Source: Escherichia coli 042 (GTDB lineage: Bacteria > Pseudomonadota > Gammaproteobacteria > Enterobacterales > Enterobacteriaceae). From it: DNA of 64,000 bases. The position numbers were made by a program, and so were the translations under genes. Below the pieces are notes generated by a model. That model made no database searches and was not told the DNA's origin. It saw nothing but the letters and a program-made list of their open reading frames with translations. This document shows, piece after piece, positions 11,747-23,045 of this stretch; positions within the stretch are counted from its first letter, which is position 1, and every line of letters starts with the position of its first letter. The DNA lies in the NCBI RefSeq assembly GCF_000027125.1, contig NC_017626.1; one strand, given 5' to 3'.

Positions 11747-14700
11747 TCAGCTAATCGTGATGCCTGCAGTGGCTTTCTTCATCACAACAACCAGCAAATC
11801 GCTGATACTTGCTGTGGGATACCAGCCATTTACCAGCCATGCTGACACCGAAAACTCCAGTGTCATGTGACCGTGACCGGCAGGCATATCAATAACGCCA
11901 CTGTAAATCAGCGTATTATCCAGCGCGGTACGGTTATAAATTTCAGCACCGTTTTTCCGCACTATCAGACGGCATGAGGAGTAAATATCAGTATGCTCTC
12001 TCTCATGCTTAGCGCCACTGAATGCCACAGCTGGAATAACAATTTGCCGGTCAAACGGCTGATCGTCATAAACCCTGACGGTAATGGTCCCTGATGGCCA
12101 CCGCTCCGGTGCCCGGGAGTCACGGGGGAAAGCTTTGCCCACTGTTTTAACGAGATCGCCTTCAATCTGGTTCGCGGACAGTTTTCCCAGAACCCGGCAG
12201 TTCTCGTTAATCGTGACGTTGTTGAGCGTCCCGGAGTTCGCATTCACGTTACCGCTGATATCGGCATTTTTCGCCGTCAGCCGCCCGTCCGGTGTCAGGG
12301 AAAATGCCGGAGGATTACCGCCGCTGGTAATGGTGGGGGCCGTCAGGCGCTTCAGGAACACGTCGTTCATGAATATCTGGTTGCCCTGCGCCACAAACAT
12401 CGGCGTTTCATTCCCGTTTGCCGGGTCAATAAACGCGATACGGTTAGCGGCAACCAGGAACTGGCTCAGTTTGCCTTCCTCCGTATCCTCCATGCTGAGG
12501 CCAAGCCCCGCGACATAATGTTTGCCGTCTTTGGTCTGCTCAATTTTGACGCCCCACATGGCATTCCATTTATCGTTGGCGTCCTTCCACTCTTTCGAAA
12601 ACTCCTCCAGTTTGCTGGCGTTATCTTCCGTCAGCTCAAAGTTTTCCAGCAGTTCCTTGCCGAGATGCGTTTTATTGATCAACCCTTTATAAAAATTCAG
12701 ATAACCTTCCGCATCATCGCTCGCCCGACCAACGGCCTCCACAAATGCCGATTTACCAACGGTGTTCACGCTGCGGATATAAAAGTAATAATCATAACCC
12801 GGCTTAATATTGCTACTGGCGGCTATCCAGTACAGCGCCGTACCAAGATAACGCGCGCTGGTTTCAACCTGCCTGATATCGATAATCCGCTTTTCCGAGA
12901 ACCAGAACTCAAACTGCACCGTCGGGTCATATACAGCCAGTTTCGGGACCGCTGTTATCTGAAAATACCCTGGTATCAGTTCAATAGTGACAGGCGCTGC
13001 CGGTGCCGCAATCCGGAACGATACCGATGCCGGATCGCCCTGCTGCCCCCACGCATTTACCGCCCGGACCGTCAGCGTGTAACGCCCCAGCGCCAGTTGC
13101 CTGAAGCGGTATGTGGTTTCCGTCGTCCGGGCCATGCTGACCAGCCGCTCACTGCCGTCGTCCGCTGCCACGGTAAGGCGAAGCAGGAAGCTCACGCCCT
13201 TCACCACCTTCGGCGTGTCCCATCGCGCCAGCACCTGATATTCCCCGCTGTCTGCGGTGACTTCGGCGGTCAGGTGCTGCACCGCTGGCGGCGTGACACC
13301 ATTCACCGTGCCGCTCTGGTCGCCGTCAAAGTGCGCCCCGTTATCCACGATGGCTTCTTTTTCCGGTACATGCTGCACGGCGGTGATGGCATACGTACCG
13401 TCATCGTTCTCCCGGATACTCACACAGCGGAACAGGCGCTGGCGCAGCGTCGGCAGCTTCAGCCCCCATACGCTGTATTCAGCAACACCGTCAGGAACAC
13501 GGCTCACTTTTACCTTCACGCCGTCGGTGACGGACTGAACCTCCACGCTGACCGGATTGCCACTTCCGTCAACCAGGCTTATCAGCGTGGTACCGGAGGA
13601 TGGCAGCGTGATTTCACGGTCGAGCGTCAGCGTCCGGGTCTGGCTGTTCACCGCCAGCACACGACCACCGGTGCTGATACCGGCATAGTCATCATCACAG
13701 ATTTCAATGACATCGCCCGGTACATGGCGAAGCCCTTCTGCGCCCACGCTGAAGTCCACGGTCTGCGTTTCCAGCAGTTCCGTTTTAATCAGCCACAGCC
13801 CGGCGCGGTGTGCCTGCCCCCGGCTGGTACAGCCAAAGGCATCCATCTTCGTGACGTTACGACCGTAACGGGCAATGGCCTGCGTATCTTCAACAAGCTC
13901 TGTCGCCGTCTCCCAGCCGTTGTTCGGGTCAATCCAGTTCACCTCAACGGCATTATGGCGGTCCTTCAGGGCGCTGAAGCTGTAGCGGAACGGCGCGCCA
14001 TCATCCGGCATCACCACATTACTGCGGTTATAGGTCCACACCTTATCTGATGGTCGGTCCTGCACGAACGTCAGCGTCTGCCCGTTCCATACCGGCATAC
14101 AGCGCATCGCCGAGCAGAAATCACTGAGAACATCCCACGCCTTACGCTGTGTGGTCAGCCAGGCATTACAGGTGATGCGCGGCTCCGTGCCACCAAAGCC
14201 ATCCGGCACCGACTGGTCGCAATTCTGGCCGATGACATACAGCGCCCATTTGTCCACATCCGCCGCACCGAGACGCTTCCCCATGCCGTAGCGCGGATGG
14301 GTCAGCATATCCCACAGACACCAGGCCATGTTGTTGCTGTATGCTGGCTTAAACGTTCCGTCCCAGATACCGCTGTATTGCCGCGTCTGCGGGTTATAGT
14401 TCGACGGCACCTGCAGAATGCGCCCGCGAAGATGATAATTACGGCTCACCTGCTGACTGCCGAACTGTTCCGAGTCCACCTGCACGCCGACCAGTGCCGT
14501 GTTCGGGTAGCACTGTTTCACATCGATGATTTCGGTGTATGACGACCAGAGCGTTTTGTTCTGCAGCTGGTCTGTGGTGCTGTCCGGCGTCATCCTGCGC
14601 ATCCGGATATTAAACGGGCGCGGCGGCAGGTTACCCACCACCACCGAGGCCAGATACTGCGAGGTGGTTTTGCCCTTAATGGTGATGTCTTTTTCCGTCA

Positions 14701-15142
14701 CCCAGCCACCGTTACGCTGTATCTGAACCAGCAGGCGGACTTCCGACGGATTCCTGTCCCCCTTTGAGGTGGTTTCCACCAGTGTCTGCACGCCGAAAGT
14801 AAAACGCAGACGGTCAATGTTTGCCGACGTGATGGTCCGGGTGATCGGCGTGTCATATTTCACTTCTGTACCGAGCACCGTCTCGGAGCCGGAGGATTCA
14901 AACCCCTCCGGCGGAGTCTGCTCCTGCTCACCTGCCCGGAACACCACCGTGACGCCGGAGATGTTGGTATTCCCCTCAGTGTCCAGCACTGGCGTACTGT
15001 TCAGCAGCACGCTTTTTAATCCATCCACCGGACCGTCAATCGGCCCTTCGCTGATGGCATCGATCACACTCAGCAACTGCGTGGACTTCAGGTTGTCCTT
15101 CGCTTCGCGCGGGGTATGCCCCTTACTGCTGCCTTTACCCAT
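11747..15142 (-). CDS. J: tail tip host-specificity protein J
   Basis: 1131-aa ORF recognisable as lambda gpJ. Confidence 0.9.
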   Translation of the reverse strand: MGKGSSKGHTPREAKDNLKSTQLLSVIDAISEGPIDGPVDGLKSVLLNSTPVLDTEGNTNISGVTVVFRAGEQEQTPPEGFESSGSETVLGTEVKYDTPITRTITSANIDRLRFTFGVQTLVETTSKGDRNPSEVRLLVQIQRNGGWVTEKDITIKGKTTSQYLASVVVGNLPPRPFNIRMRRMTPDSTTDQLQNKTLWSSYTEIIDVKQCYPNTALVGVQVDSEQFGSQQVSRNYHLRGRILQVPSNYNPQTRQYSGIWDGTFKPAYSNNMAWCLWDMLTHPRYGMGKRLGAADVDKWALYVIGQNCDQSVPDGFGGTEPRITCNAWLTTQRKAWDVLSDFCSAMRCMPVWNGQTLTFVQDRPSDKVWTYNRSNVVMPDDGAPFRYSFSALKDRHNAVEVNWIDPNNGWETATELVEDTQAIARYGRNVTKMDAFGCTSRGQAHRAGLWLIKTELLETQTVDFSVGAEGLRHVPGDVIEICDDDYAGISTGGRVLAVNSQTRTLTLDREITLPSSGTTLISLVDGSGNPVSVEVQSVTDGVKVKVSRVPDGVAEYSVWGLKLPTLRQRLFRCVSIRENDDGTYAITAVQHVPEKEAIVDNGAHFDGDQSGTVNGVTPPAVQHLTAEVTADSGEYQVLARWDTPKVVKGVSFLLRLTVAADDGSERLVSMARTTETTYRFRQLALGRYTLTVRAVNAWGQQGDPASVSFRIAAPAAPVTIELIPGYFQITAVPKLAVYDPTVQFEFWFSEKRIIDIRQVETSARYLGTALYWIAASSNIKPGYDYYFYIRSVNTVGKSAFVEAVGRASDDAEGYLNFYKGLINKTHLGKELLENFELTEDNASKLEEFSKEWKDANDKWNAMWGVKIEQTKDGKHYVAGLGLSMEDTEEGKLSQFLVAANRIAFIDPANGNETPMFVAQGNQIFMNDVFLKRLTAPTITSGGNPPAFSLTPDGRLTAKNADISGNVNANSGTLNNVTINENCRVLGKLSANQIEGDLVKTVGKAFPRDSRAPERWPSGTITVRVYDDQPFDRQIVIPAVAFSGAKHEREHTDIYSSCRLIVRKNGAEIYNRTALDNTLIYSGVIDMPAGHGHMTLEFSVSAWLVNGWYPTASISDLLVVVMKKATAGITIS

Positions 15143-15202
15143 TCTTCACGCTCCATAAACGACAAAACCGCCCGCAGGCGGTTTCACATAAAACATTTTT
15201 CA

Positions 15203-15850
15203 TCAGCGACCAATCACCACAACCTGACCACCATCACCTTCATCTGCCGTGCTGATCTCCTGAGATACCACCCGCGACCCCACACGCATTTCACCGTACA
15301 GAACGGGCAGAACATTGCCCTGGGCAACCATGTTATCCAGTGACGAGAAATACGTGTTCTGTTTGCCGTTATCTGTACTGGCTGCCGTGGGCGTCCGGGC
15401 TTTCGGTGCCAGCATCTGCGCCACACCACCCAGGATCATACTGGCCCCTGCTGCATACATACCCGATACAGCCGCGGCCCCCAGCCAGCCCACAGGGTTC
15501 CACCATGCCACCGCAATCAGCGCCGCACCCAGCACCGCCTGAAACACACCGCCACTTTTGGCCCCCTCCAGACGCGGAACGATGTGGATCACGGCACCAT
15601 TTGCCAGCGGCTCATTAAGACGGGCAGATAATTCGGTTTCACCTGCATCACGCCCGGCAATCCGTACCTGATACCAGCCGTCACTCAGTTTCTGACGAAA
15701 CGCCGGGATCTGCATGGCCAGCGCCCGGATGGCTTCGGCCCCCGTTTTCACACGAAGGTCGATGCGGCGGCCAAATCGTTGTAAATCCCCGTAAAGGCAG
15801 ATGCGTACCATGCCCGGTGACGCCAGAGGGAGTGTGTGCGTCGCTGCCAT
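15203..15850 (-). CDS. I: tail assembly protein I
   Basis: 215-aa ORF following K, lambda gpI-like. Confidence 0.8.
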   Translation of the reverse strand: MAATHTLPLASPGMVRICLYGDLQRFGRRIDLRVKTGAEAIRALAMQIPAFRQKLSDGWYQVRIAGRDAGETELSARLNEPLANGAVIHIVPRLEGAKSGGVFQAVLGAALIAVAWWNPVGWLGAAAVSGMYAAGASMILGGVAQMLAPKARTPTAASTDNGKQNTYFSSLDNMVAQGNVLPVLYGEMRVGSRVVSQEISTADEGDGGQVVVIGR

Positions 15851-16491
15851 TTGTCGGTATACCTCTCTCGTTTGCTCAGTTGTTCAGGAATATGGTGCAG
15901 CAGCTCGCCGTCGCCGCAGTAAATGGCGGCATGATTCGGCACCGATGAACCAAAACAGCACAGCAGCACATCGCCCGGCTGCGCCTCTGTCAGTGCGACA
16001 CGGTAAAAACCAGTCGCCTCCATATTGTCAAGATAGAGATTCTGGCCGTTACGCCACCAGTCATCCCCGCGATAAAAATCCGGCATCTCAATTTCCGCCA
16101 GATGGTATGCATCCCGGAACAGCGTGTAACAGTCCGTCACCCCGTGCTCAAAGCGCCGCCCGGTAAGATGTGGCACACAGCGGAACTTGTGAATCGCCCC
16201 CCGGCAGACCAGCCACCACGGCAAATCACTCTGCACCTGCAGCCGCCTGTCGACCTCACTCAGCCAGGGCAGACCACCGGGGTGGCTGTGGACCAGTGCC
16301 ACAACCTCCCCCTGCATTTGTGCACGCAGCCAGTCCTCCGGCGACATCCGGAAATACGCCTCCGGCTCACCGGAGATATTCACGCAGGGAAAATATCTGT
16401 CCCCCTCCGGCGTTCTCACCACGAAGCCGCACGACTCCGCTGGCGCACATCGCCGGGCGTGCGCCAGAATCGCTGATTCTGTCTCTGTCAT
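15748..16491 (-). CDS. K: tail assembly protein K (MPN/JAB plus NlpC/P60 domains)
   Basis: Start set at MTETESAILAHARRCAPAESCGF..., matching lambda gpK; the longer six-frame ORF start is an upstream extension. Confidence 0.8.
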   Translation of the reverse strand: MTETESAILAHARRCAPAESCGFVVRTPEGDRYFPCVNISGEPEAYFRMSPEDWLRAQMQGEVVALVHSHPGGLPWLSEVDRRLQVQSDLPWWLVCRGAIHKFRCVPHLTGRRFEHGVTDCYTLFRDAYHLAEIEMPDFYRGDDWWRNGQNLYLDNMEATGFYRVALTEAQPGDVLLCCFGSSVPNHAAIYCGDGELLHHIPEQLSKRERYTDKWQRRTHSLWRHRAWYASAFTGIYNDLAAASTFV

Positions 16492-16495
16492 GGGT

Positions 16496-17194
16496 TTACT
16501 GCGAAAGTTTGTTAATGGAAAGGTAGCCGCCAAAATTGCCGACGTTATTGCGGAACTTGCAACCACTCAGGCATTTGCTGCACTTATCCTTCGTGATATC
16601 GGACGTTGGCTGGTCATATTCATCCGCGACCGCCGGGCCATCATAACCGCACTCATCGCCGCGGTAGATCCAGGTGCAGGTGTTGGCCAGCATGATGCGC
16701 CCCGGAAAAACAGCGCCATCCGTTTCCGTCGGTGTGGACAGCACAAAAGAGGCACTGACCGCGCTCAGTTCGCTGCACTGTTCGATGCGCCAGCGGCTGA
16801 TCACCTCCTGCTCCGGATCGGCGTCACTGTTTCCGTTGACGAAGTTCACCGCATCCAGAAAACGGGCGTAAACCTTACGCCGGACCACCGTTCCGCCGAC
16901 CAGACTCTGCAGATCTTCCGCCATCCCGGTGACCATGCCGTACAGGTTAGAGACTTTAAGCGTTGGCCTTGCACTGGCTCCTTTGCCGTTCATCTCAAAT
17001 CCGCTTCCCTGAATGGGATAAGCCTGATACTGCCGCCCCTGCCAGGTGACTGGTTCACCCTTTTCGTTCTGCTCATTACAGAAGAAATAACGATCTCCGC
17101 CGACCTCTGTCAGATCAATTTCCCAGAGCACGACCAGCGCGGATTGCTCCGTTTTAGTGCACTCATTGAGTGTTTCCTGCTGTATATCCTGCAT
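16496..17194 (-). CDS. L: minor tail protein L
   Basis: 232-aa ORF, lambda gpL-like. Confidence 0.9.
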   Translation of the reverse strand: MQDIQQETLNECTKTEQSALVVLWEIDLTEVGGDRYFFCNEQNEKGEPVTWQGRQYQAYPIQGSGFEMNGKGASARPTLKVSNLYGMVTGMAEDLQSLVGGTVVRRKVYARFLDAVNFVNGNSDADPEQEVISRWRIEQCSELSAVSASFVLSTPTETDGAVFPGRIMLANTCTWIYRGDECGYDGPAVADEYDQPTSDITKDKCSKCLSGCKFRNNVGNFGGYLSINKLSQ

Positions 17195-17550
17195 CAGTGA
17201 GTGACCTCTTCAAAGGTACAGTTAAAATCGGTATACATGGCATTATCCGAAATGCTCCACTCCCTGCAGACAACCCGGACAGTCCTGTTGTGTTTTGGCG
17301 GACGCCACAAAAAAGCACGAATCCCGGCATGACGGGATAAAAAACTGTCCAGCGCGGCACGGGAATATTCATCTGTGACACGAAATACCGGTTTAAACGT
17401 TTTCAGATCCGCATTCAGACCACCAGCCCGTCGCTGTTCATATCCGTCACCAAACTTTACCGTAATAACTGATGGCTTTCGTGTCGTCTCCATCCCCTCA
17501 CGGGGGATCCAGTTAAAAACTTCAGGCTCAGGCACTGTACAATCCTCCAT
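17194..17550 (-). CDS. M: minor tail protein M
   Basis: Conserved ...FGDGY... motif and position between H and L; start codon uncertain (17550 or 17493). Confidence 0.65.
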   Translation of the reverse strand: MEDCTVPEPEVFNWIPREGMETTRKPSVITVKFGDGYEQRRAGGLNADLKTFKPVFRVTDEYSRAALDSFLSRHAGIRAFLWRPPKHNRTVRVVCREWSISDNAMYTDFNCTFEEVTH

Positions 17551-20500
17551 CCCGACGCGATGACTGCATAATTGACACAACCCTGCTGTCGATCAGATCC
17601 ACCAGTCCCCTGGCTGAGCGCGCATCTATCTCGCCATTGCTCCCTTGATTCTGAATGCTGATGTGATACACGGGAGAATAAACAAATCCACCGCCACCAT
17701 TCACATTTCCAATGGCCCTGACCCCAAGAGAGCCGTCCGCTGCCCGTGTCAGTGGCATGATTGCTTCAGGCCCGGCCTCGCCCATCAACCCGGCACCTTT
17801 CGCAAAAGCAAAATACGTCGGTGTATCCACAATAGTGTTACTGTAAGCACTCAGATTTGCCGATGTGTAAACACCACCTTTTGCGTTTGCCACTGCCCCC
17901 GAAATCCATCCGCCGACCGTACCAAGCCACCCTCCGGCACCGGAGAGTGATTTCAGTCCGTTAACAATGGCTGCATTCATCAGAATTTTTGAAACTTCCC
18001 GGAGAACTGAACTCCCCCAGTTCCTCCAGTCCACAACATTCCCGGCCAGTGCATCGGAAATATTTGATACCAGCCCGTCCATCGTGGAAACGACAGCATC
18101 TGCCGCCTGTGAAGCATAATCGGTGGCACTGTCTGCCCAGTTGGTCAGTCCCTCCTGGAGTCCGGCATTCCAGTTATTACGTAAAGCATCGGCCTTTGCA
18201 TAATAATCCTGCTGATCACTGAGACGCTCTTCCAGATATTTTTTATTCAGTTCTTTCTCCTGTTTCCACAGGGCTTCTTCAATTTCTCCGGCCTGATACT
18301 GTCTCAGCAGCTCGTTATTTTTCTGCTCAAACGCCTGCCGGATACTCCACATTTCCTGGAGTCGTTCACGCATCCGTGAGCCTTCACCATATCCCAGCAA
18401 CTGCGCTTCGTCAGATGCCCGGGCACTGGCATTACTGTCCGCCAGACTGCTCTCATACGCAGCAAGCTGCTCACGAATCTTTTTCTGGTCGATGAGTGCT
18501 GCATTCTGCAAAAGCGTTTTTTTCTGCGCTTCTGACAGGGTTGATAATTCGCCCTGACTGACCTGATATTTCATCTTAGCCAGTTCAGTATTCTGCCCTG
18601 CCAGTGCTATTTGTTCTTTTTGCTGTTTAATCAGCCGTTTATAAATATCTTCTGTTTTTTCCGCTTCGGTCTTTTTATGCGTTTTGGGTTTATTTGCCTG
18701 GTTATTTCGCCAGGCATCCAGTGAGTTATTGATATAATTCTGCCTGGCTGTCTGATACGCCTCTCCCACAAAGCCGAGATCATCCGCAGCATAACCCAGG
18801 CGGGCACGCTCACGGGCTTCCCCCTTCAGGCGGGACAGAGCCAGTTCGCGCTCGCTGTTATTCAGTGCAGTCTGCTGTTTATCATCCAGGGTTGCCTGTG
18901 GTAGCCGTAACGGTACATTCACCAGCCCCTGTCGCTGCTGAAGTAATTCATTACCGAGCCCGAGAAGGCGATTAAACTCGGTATGCTGCCCATTCATGAT
19001 CAACAGGGACTGATACGCTTTGTTTTGTTCCGCGGCCTGTTGACGGATCAACGCCACCCGTCGCTCCTCCAGCCCGGCAAGCACATCCTGAATGGATTGC
19101 GCTTTGCCCTGCATTTGTGTGAGACGGGACTGTTCAACTGCCAGTTGATTTGTTGCTTCTGCAAGCCCTTCTGTGACAGTTTTTACCGACGTCATGTGGT
19201 TAATCATAAAACCGTTATCGGTTGTCCAGCCCGGGTTTGCCAGCACATACTGATAGCCAGCAATTTTTTCCTGTAAGGATTTAATCTTACTTTTCTGCTC
19301 GTCAATTAACCTGTTTTGCTCATCAAGTGCCTGCCGCGTCTTTTCCTCATTATCTGACGCTTCAGGAAGCGACATTGCCGACGTTTTCTGGCGAATTTCG
19401 TCGATTGTTGCGGCATACTGGCGTGCAGATTCTCTGGCCTGCTCCTGATTCTGATACATCGTGTACCAGGCCGTCGCCCCCAGCATGACGAGTCCCGGCA
19501 CACCACCAACCAACCCCAGCGCACCACTTAACAGACGACTCCCCACTGACGTGACAGTATTCAGCGTTGTCTGTGCCGCTGTTCTGGCCGCAATATTACG
19601 GGTAAGTGACGCCTGGGCAGCTGTCAGCTTCGCTTCTGCTGCGGCCTGCCTTTCGGTACCGCGAGCAGCAACAACCGCCTGTTGCGCACGATAAACCGCC
19701 GCACGCGCCCTGGCGGTTGCTATCTGTGTCCCCCGAAGTTGCGCTTCAGCAAGAGCCACTTCGTTTCTGGCTGCAGTAATTAATCCGGCAGTTGCAGATC
19801 CAGCAGACGACGCCATATTGCCAAAATATCGGGCTACCCCGACGGCAACCAGAGCACCGGCAGCGGTTGCCACGGTGTCAATATTGCCTGCAATACCATT
19901 CAGCACACCGGAGAGCGTCTTCGTCACTCCGCTTGCCTCGTTCGCACCACCAACCCAGGCCATAAAGGCGTTTTCAACTTTGGTTGCAGAGGATGAAACC
20001 GTATCAGGCATTGCCGCATATTCATCACGTAATGCCCCAAGCTGACTAATCAGTGCAGGAACAACCTTATCGGCGGTCAACTTTCCGTTATCCGCCATGG
20101 CCTTCAGATCCTTACGGGCAACTCCCATTCCCGCAGCCAGAGCACGAATAACACGATCGCCGTTCTCATTCACCGAGTTAAACTCTTCACCGCGCAGCAC
20201 TCCCTGCGCCAGAGCCTGACTGAACTGCGTGATCACCGAACTGGCTTCTGCTGTACTGGCACCGGATAATTTCAGGCCCGTGGAGATCGCCTCGGTGACT
20301 TTCAGTACCTCCTCAGAACTGTAACCATACTCCCGCATGGAAGCTGCAGAGCGGGCAAAAAGGCTGGCGTTATCAGAAAAAGCCGTCCCCGTTCTCTGGC
20401 TGATCGCCATTAATTCACGCTGTGATGACTGAAAATCATCACTGGACTGTGAGGCCTGCTTCAGACGGGCATTTACTGAATTCCACTCATCGGCGAGAGA

Positions 20501-20761
20501 AATAAGATGACCGGTAGCAAAAGCCCCGGCAAATGCCCCCGCCATGTTCAGTGCCGAAGATTTAGCTGTATTTATCTGATCCGTCACTTCTGCCAGTGCA
20601 CGCCGCATTTCACGGGATGCAGCAGCGGACTGTCGGCCTCCGTTCTGCATGGTACGGTAGTAATCCTGCCCCATACGCGAAGACCGGGAGATCTCTGACT
20701 GGAATGACCGGGAATTTGCCGAGATTTTAATAATCAGTTCACGTAATGTCGCCACACTCAT
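17528..20761 (-). CDS. H: tail tape measure protein H
   Basis: 1077-aa Ala/Gln-rich coiled-coil ORF upstream of M/L/K/I/J. Confidence 0.85.
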   Translation of the reverse strand: MSVATLRELIIKISANSRSFQSEISRSSRMGQDYYRTMQNGGRQSAAASREMRRALAEVTDQINTAKSSALNMAGAFAGAFATGHLISLADEWNSVNARLKQASQSSDDFQSSQRELMAISQRTGTAFSDNASLFARSAASMREYGYSSEEVLKVTEAISTGLKLSGASTAEASSVITQFSQALAQGVLRGEEFNSVNENGDRVIRALAAGMGVARKDLKAMADNGKLTADKVVPALISQLGALRDEYAAMPDTVSSSATKVENAFMAWVGGANEASGVTKTLSGVLNGIAGNIDTVATAAGALVAVGVARYFGNMASSAGSATAGLITAARNEVALAEAQLRGTQIATARARAAVYRAQQAVVAARGTERQAAAEAKLTAAQASLTRNIAARTAAQTTLNTVTSVGSRLLSGALGLVGGVPGLVMLGATAWYTMYQNQEQARESARQYAATIDEIRQKTSAMSLPEASDNEEKTRQALDEQNRLIDEQKSKIKSLQEKIAGYQYVLANPGWTTDNGFMINHMTSVKTVTEGLAEATNQLAVEQSRLTQMQGKAQSIQDVLAGLEERRVALIRQQAAEQNKAYQSLLIMNGQHTEFNRLLGLGNELLQQRQGLVNVPLRLPQATLDDKQQTALNNSERELALSRLKGEARERARLGYAADDLGFVGEAYQTARQNYINNSLDAWRNNQANKPKTHKKTEAEKTEDIYKRLIKQQKEQIALAGQNTELAKMKYQVSQGELSTLSEAQKKTLLQNAALIDQKKIREQLAAYESSLADSNASARASDEAQLLGYGEGSRMRERLQEMWSIRQAFEQKNNELLRQYQAGEIEEALWKQEKELNKKYLEERLSDQQDYYAKADALRNNWNAGLQEGLTNWADSATDYASQAADAVVSTMDGLVSNISDALAGNVVDWRNWGSSVLREVSKILMNAAIVNGLKSLSGAGGWLGTVGGWISGAVANAKGGVYTSANLSAYSNTIVDTPTYFAFAKGAGLMGEAGPEAIMPLTRAADGSLGVRAIGNVNGGGGFVYSPVYHISIQNQGSNGEIDARSARGLVDLIDSRVVSIMQSSRRDGGLYSA

Positions 20762-20801
20762 TCTCCGGACGAAAAAAAACCGCCGAAGCGGTTATGTTGA
20801 C

Positions 20802-21113
20802 TCACTGAGACACTATTAAAAGCGCGTTTTCCAGTCCAGCAAATGGATCTGATACGCCTTCTGTCTGCTCCTTCTCCCACTGAAGAAGCGCATCATTCAG
20901 TGGCACTTTGACCCCCTGCGCACCGTAAACAGCTGAAACAATCTGGGCAGCCCGGATATCAGCCCGTTCGTCCCCCAGCGGGCTGAACCTGTCAAATTCT
21001 GCCCACATCATGATTTCTGATGCGGACATTTCCCGGCGTAACTCTGACAATGTGCGCCCCATCCTGAGCGCCAGCATCATCAGAAAACGCATCCCCGGAA
21101 GCGCTACTTTTTT
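20802..21113 (-). CDS. T: T segment of tail assembly chaperone GT (expressed by -1 frameshift from G)
   Basis: ORF in the -1 frame relative to G, entered at the A AAA AAG slippery site at the end of G. Confidence 0.7.
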   Translation of the reverse strand, partial: KKVALPGMRFLMMLALRMGRTLSELRREMSASEIMMWAEFDRFSPLGDERADIRAAQIVSAVYGAQGVKVPLNDALLQWEKEQTEGVSDPFAGLENALLIVSQ

Positions 21114-21490
21114 TTAACCTCGCCGGCATCACTGATCAGTTCCAGAGACTGCCGAAGAAGCCGCGCATGCACCGGGCCATACACGGCAATCACCTGTTCA
21201 CGATCATCCACTGAAAATACAGGTTGCAGTCCGGTATCACACAGAACATCGATGAACAGTTCAACATCCGCTTCCAGATTTCGGCGGGCGCGCTCCGCAA
21301 CGGATAACGGTGTCTCATCATCTTTTGCTTTAACGATCTCCTGCCAGCGCAACCAGGCTTCTGCAGAAGGTTCCCGTAATACAACCGTTGCCCCTTCCCA
21401 TTCAGGCACATCAACAGTTTTATGGCGAAACCCCGACATCGTTGCCAGTGCCAGATTACGGATATTTTTAGTCATCACATCTATCCTCAT
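21104..21490 (-). CDS. G: tail assembly chaperone G
   Basis: 128-aa ORF ending ...GEVKKK, directly upstream of tape measure. Confidence 0.8.
   Translation of the reverse strand: MRIDVMTKNIRNLALATMSGFRHKTVDVPEWEGATVVLREPSAEAWLRWQEIVKAKDDETPLSVAERARRNLEADVELFIDVLCDTGLQPVFSVDDREQVIAVYGPVHARLLRQSLELISDAGEVKKK
21105..21113 (-). promoter_or_regulatory. programmed -1 ribosomal frameshift slippery site (A-run) for G/GT
   Basis: Minus-strand sequence GTT AAA AAA AAG TAG; the -1 frame continues into the T ORF. Confidence 0.6.
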
Positions 21491-22194
21491 TAACTGACGG
21501 TAACAGTGCAGGAAGTAGAGGTCACCTTGTTAACAGGACTTGCTGAATCAGAAATCTCGCAGGTATATGCACCCGCATCACCGGATACTGCCGATGCCTT
21601 ACTGAACGTTGCCGCCGTCTGTCCGGAAACAGGAGAACCACCTTTCTTCCAGACATAAGAATAAGGCGGCACACCACCCGCAGCCTCAACCGCCATTTCA
21701 AGTTTCGCTCCGGAAGCAACCCGCAGCGTGCTTTTTAAATCGGCCTTCACTTTCAGCGGCTCTGTCGTCAGCACAGGTTTACCTTTCAGGCGCAAGGAAA
21801 ACGTTGCAGCCACAACACCATTGGTTCCTGCAGACCAGGTATGCTGACGCACCTCTGCCATAAAGGTAAATCCGTTGCCTGACGGAAAAATAACTTTAAA
21901 GCCATACGTGGTGTCATTGTCATAGGCACTGCGCAACGCGTTCTGGGCAGCATTCAGATAAAAGTTGCCTGACATGGAAATCTCTGAAGCAGCCCCAAGG
22001 CCGTTAATATTTTCCTGCTCAACAGAACACAGCGTGGTGACATCAATATCCTGCTTTTGTCCTGCGGTAAACTGCACCTCTTTGATTGTACAGCTCAGGC
22101 CAAGATAGCTGGCAGAATCCAGGGTTTCTGCTGTTACCGGTGCAGACGAAATCATAATTTTCGTCAGTTGCGAACGCTCAAAATTAGAGGACAT
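21490..22194 (-). CDS. V: major tail protein V (with C-terminal Ig-like domain)
   Basis: 234-aa ORF; GGAG Shine-Dalgarno; C-terminal region looks Ig-like. Confidence 0.8.
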   Translation of the reverse strand: MSSNFERSQLTKIMISSAPVTAETLDSASYLGLSCTIKEVQFTAGQKQDIDVTTLCSVEQENINGLGAASEISMSGNFYLNAAQNALRSAYDNDTTYGFKVIFPSGNGFTFMAEVRQHTWSAGTNGVVAATFSLRLKGKPVLTTEPLKVKADLKSTLRVASGAKLEMAVEAAGGVPPYSYVWKKGGSPVSGQTAATFSKASAVSGDAGAYTCEISDSASPVNKVTSTSCTVTVS

Positions 22195-22254
22195 ACTCGT
22201 CTCCTGAAAATAAAAAAACCCGCCAGCGGCGGGTGGGTAAAATCATTAATGACC

Positions 22255-22599
22255 TCAGGCTATTACTTGGAATTCAAGCGTGGCTCTGCTCAGACGGGAG
22301 TCAGGATCATAACCCTGCGTTTTAGAAATAACGGAGGGTGCCAGTTTTCTTACCACATCAAGCGCCTGCTCACGAATATTATCTGCGTCATCAGGTACTG
22401 TCGCCCAGACATCGATCTGCACGGTAATTCTGGATTCAGCCTGCCCATCAAGCACATCAGATGCCGTGTCAGACACCACAGAAAACACCAGCCACGGCGG
22501 AGATACCGCAGGCTTTCCATCCGTCAGTGGGACCACATAAGGATAAACCTGTCCTCCGGCCAGCTGAGACAACAGGGAATACAGTGTGGCCTCTCTCAT
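22255..22599 (-). CDS. putative tail terminator / tail component protein
   Basis: 114-aa ORF between head-tail genes and V. Confidence 0.5.
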   Translation of the reverse strand: MREATLYSLLSQLAGGQVYPYVVPLTDGKPAVSPPWLVFSVVSDTASDVLDGQAESRITVQIDVWATVPDDADNIREQALDVVRKLAPSVISKTQGYDPDSRLSRATLEFQVIA

Positions 22600-23045
22600 T
22601 TACTTAAGACCTCATCAATAGCCTGATTCATTCGCTGTATGGCAATCCGTGCTGCCAGTTCCTCTGTCGTATCGAAAGCCGGGCGAATGAATGGATGCGC
22701 GGGCATGTTTATCGTTCCCAGCTCCACAAAGCGCCAGTAAAATGCATTTCGGGGATCGCTGGCTTTCATGCTGTTATCACTGTTTCCGGTTCGCAGGTTC
22801 CGTCCGCGAATGTGGACACCCGAGATAATTTCCCCCCGACGCTTTGAACGCTGAGTGAGAACAACCACATTTTTCTTCAGTTTCCCGGTTCGCTCCGGCG
22901 CACGTTCAACAACTGCATCCCGCATAACTTCAGCACCGGCACGGGTGGCATCGCGCAGAACCTTATTGTTTTCTGCCCTGCTGAGCGTCTCCAAATCCCG
23001 TGCAATATCCGCCAGGCCGGAAAAATCAAGACTGAAATCCATCAC
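22596..23045 (-). CDS. HK97 gp10-like tail completion protein
   Basis: 149-aa ORF, translationally coupled in the head-tail joining cluster. Confidence 0.55.
   Translation of the reverse strand: MMDFSLDFSGLADIARDLETLSRAENNKVLRDATRAGAEVMRDAVVERAPERTGKLKKNVVVLTQRSKRRGEIISGVHIRGRNLRTGNSDNSMKASDPRNAFYWRFVELGTINMPAHPFIRPAFDTTEELAARIAIQRMNQAIDEVLSK

Noticed and set aside
12518-14050. 510-aa plus-strand ORF
   Set aside because: It lies entirely antisense within the well-supported J gene, is Arg/His-rich and has no plausible start context. Other antisense ORFs within K, I, H and the satellite terL were rejected on the same grounds.
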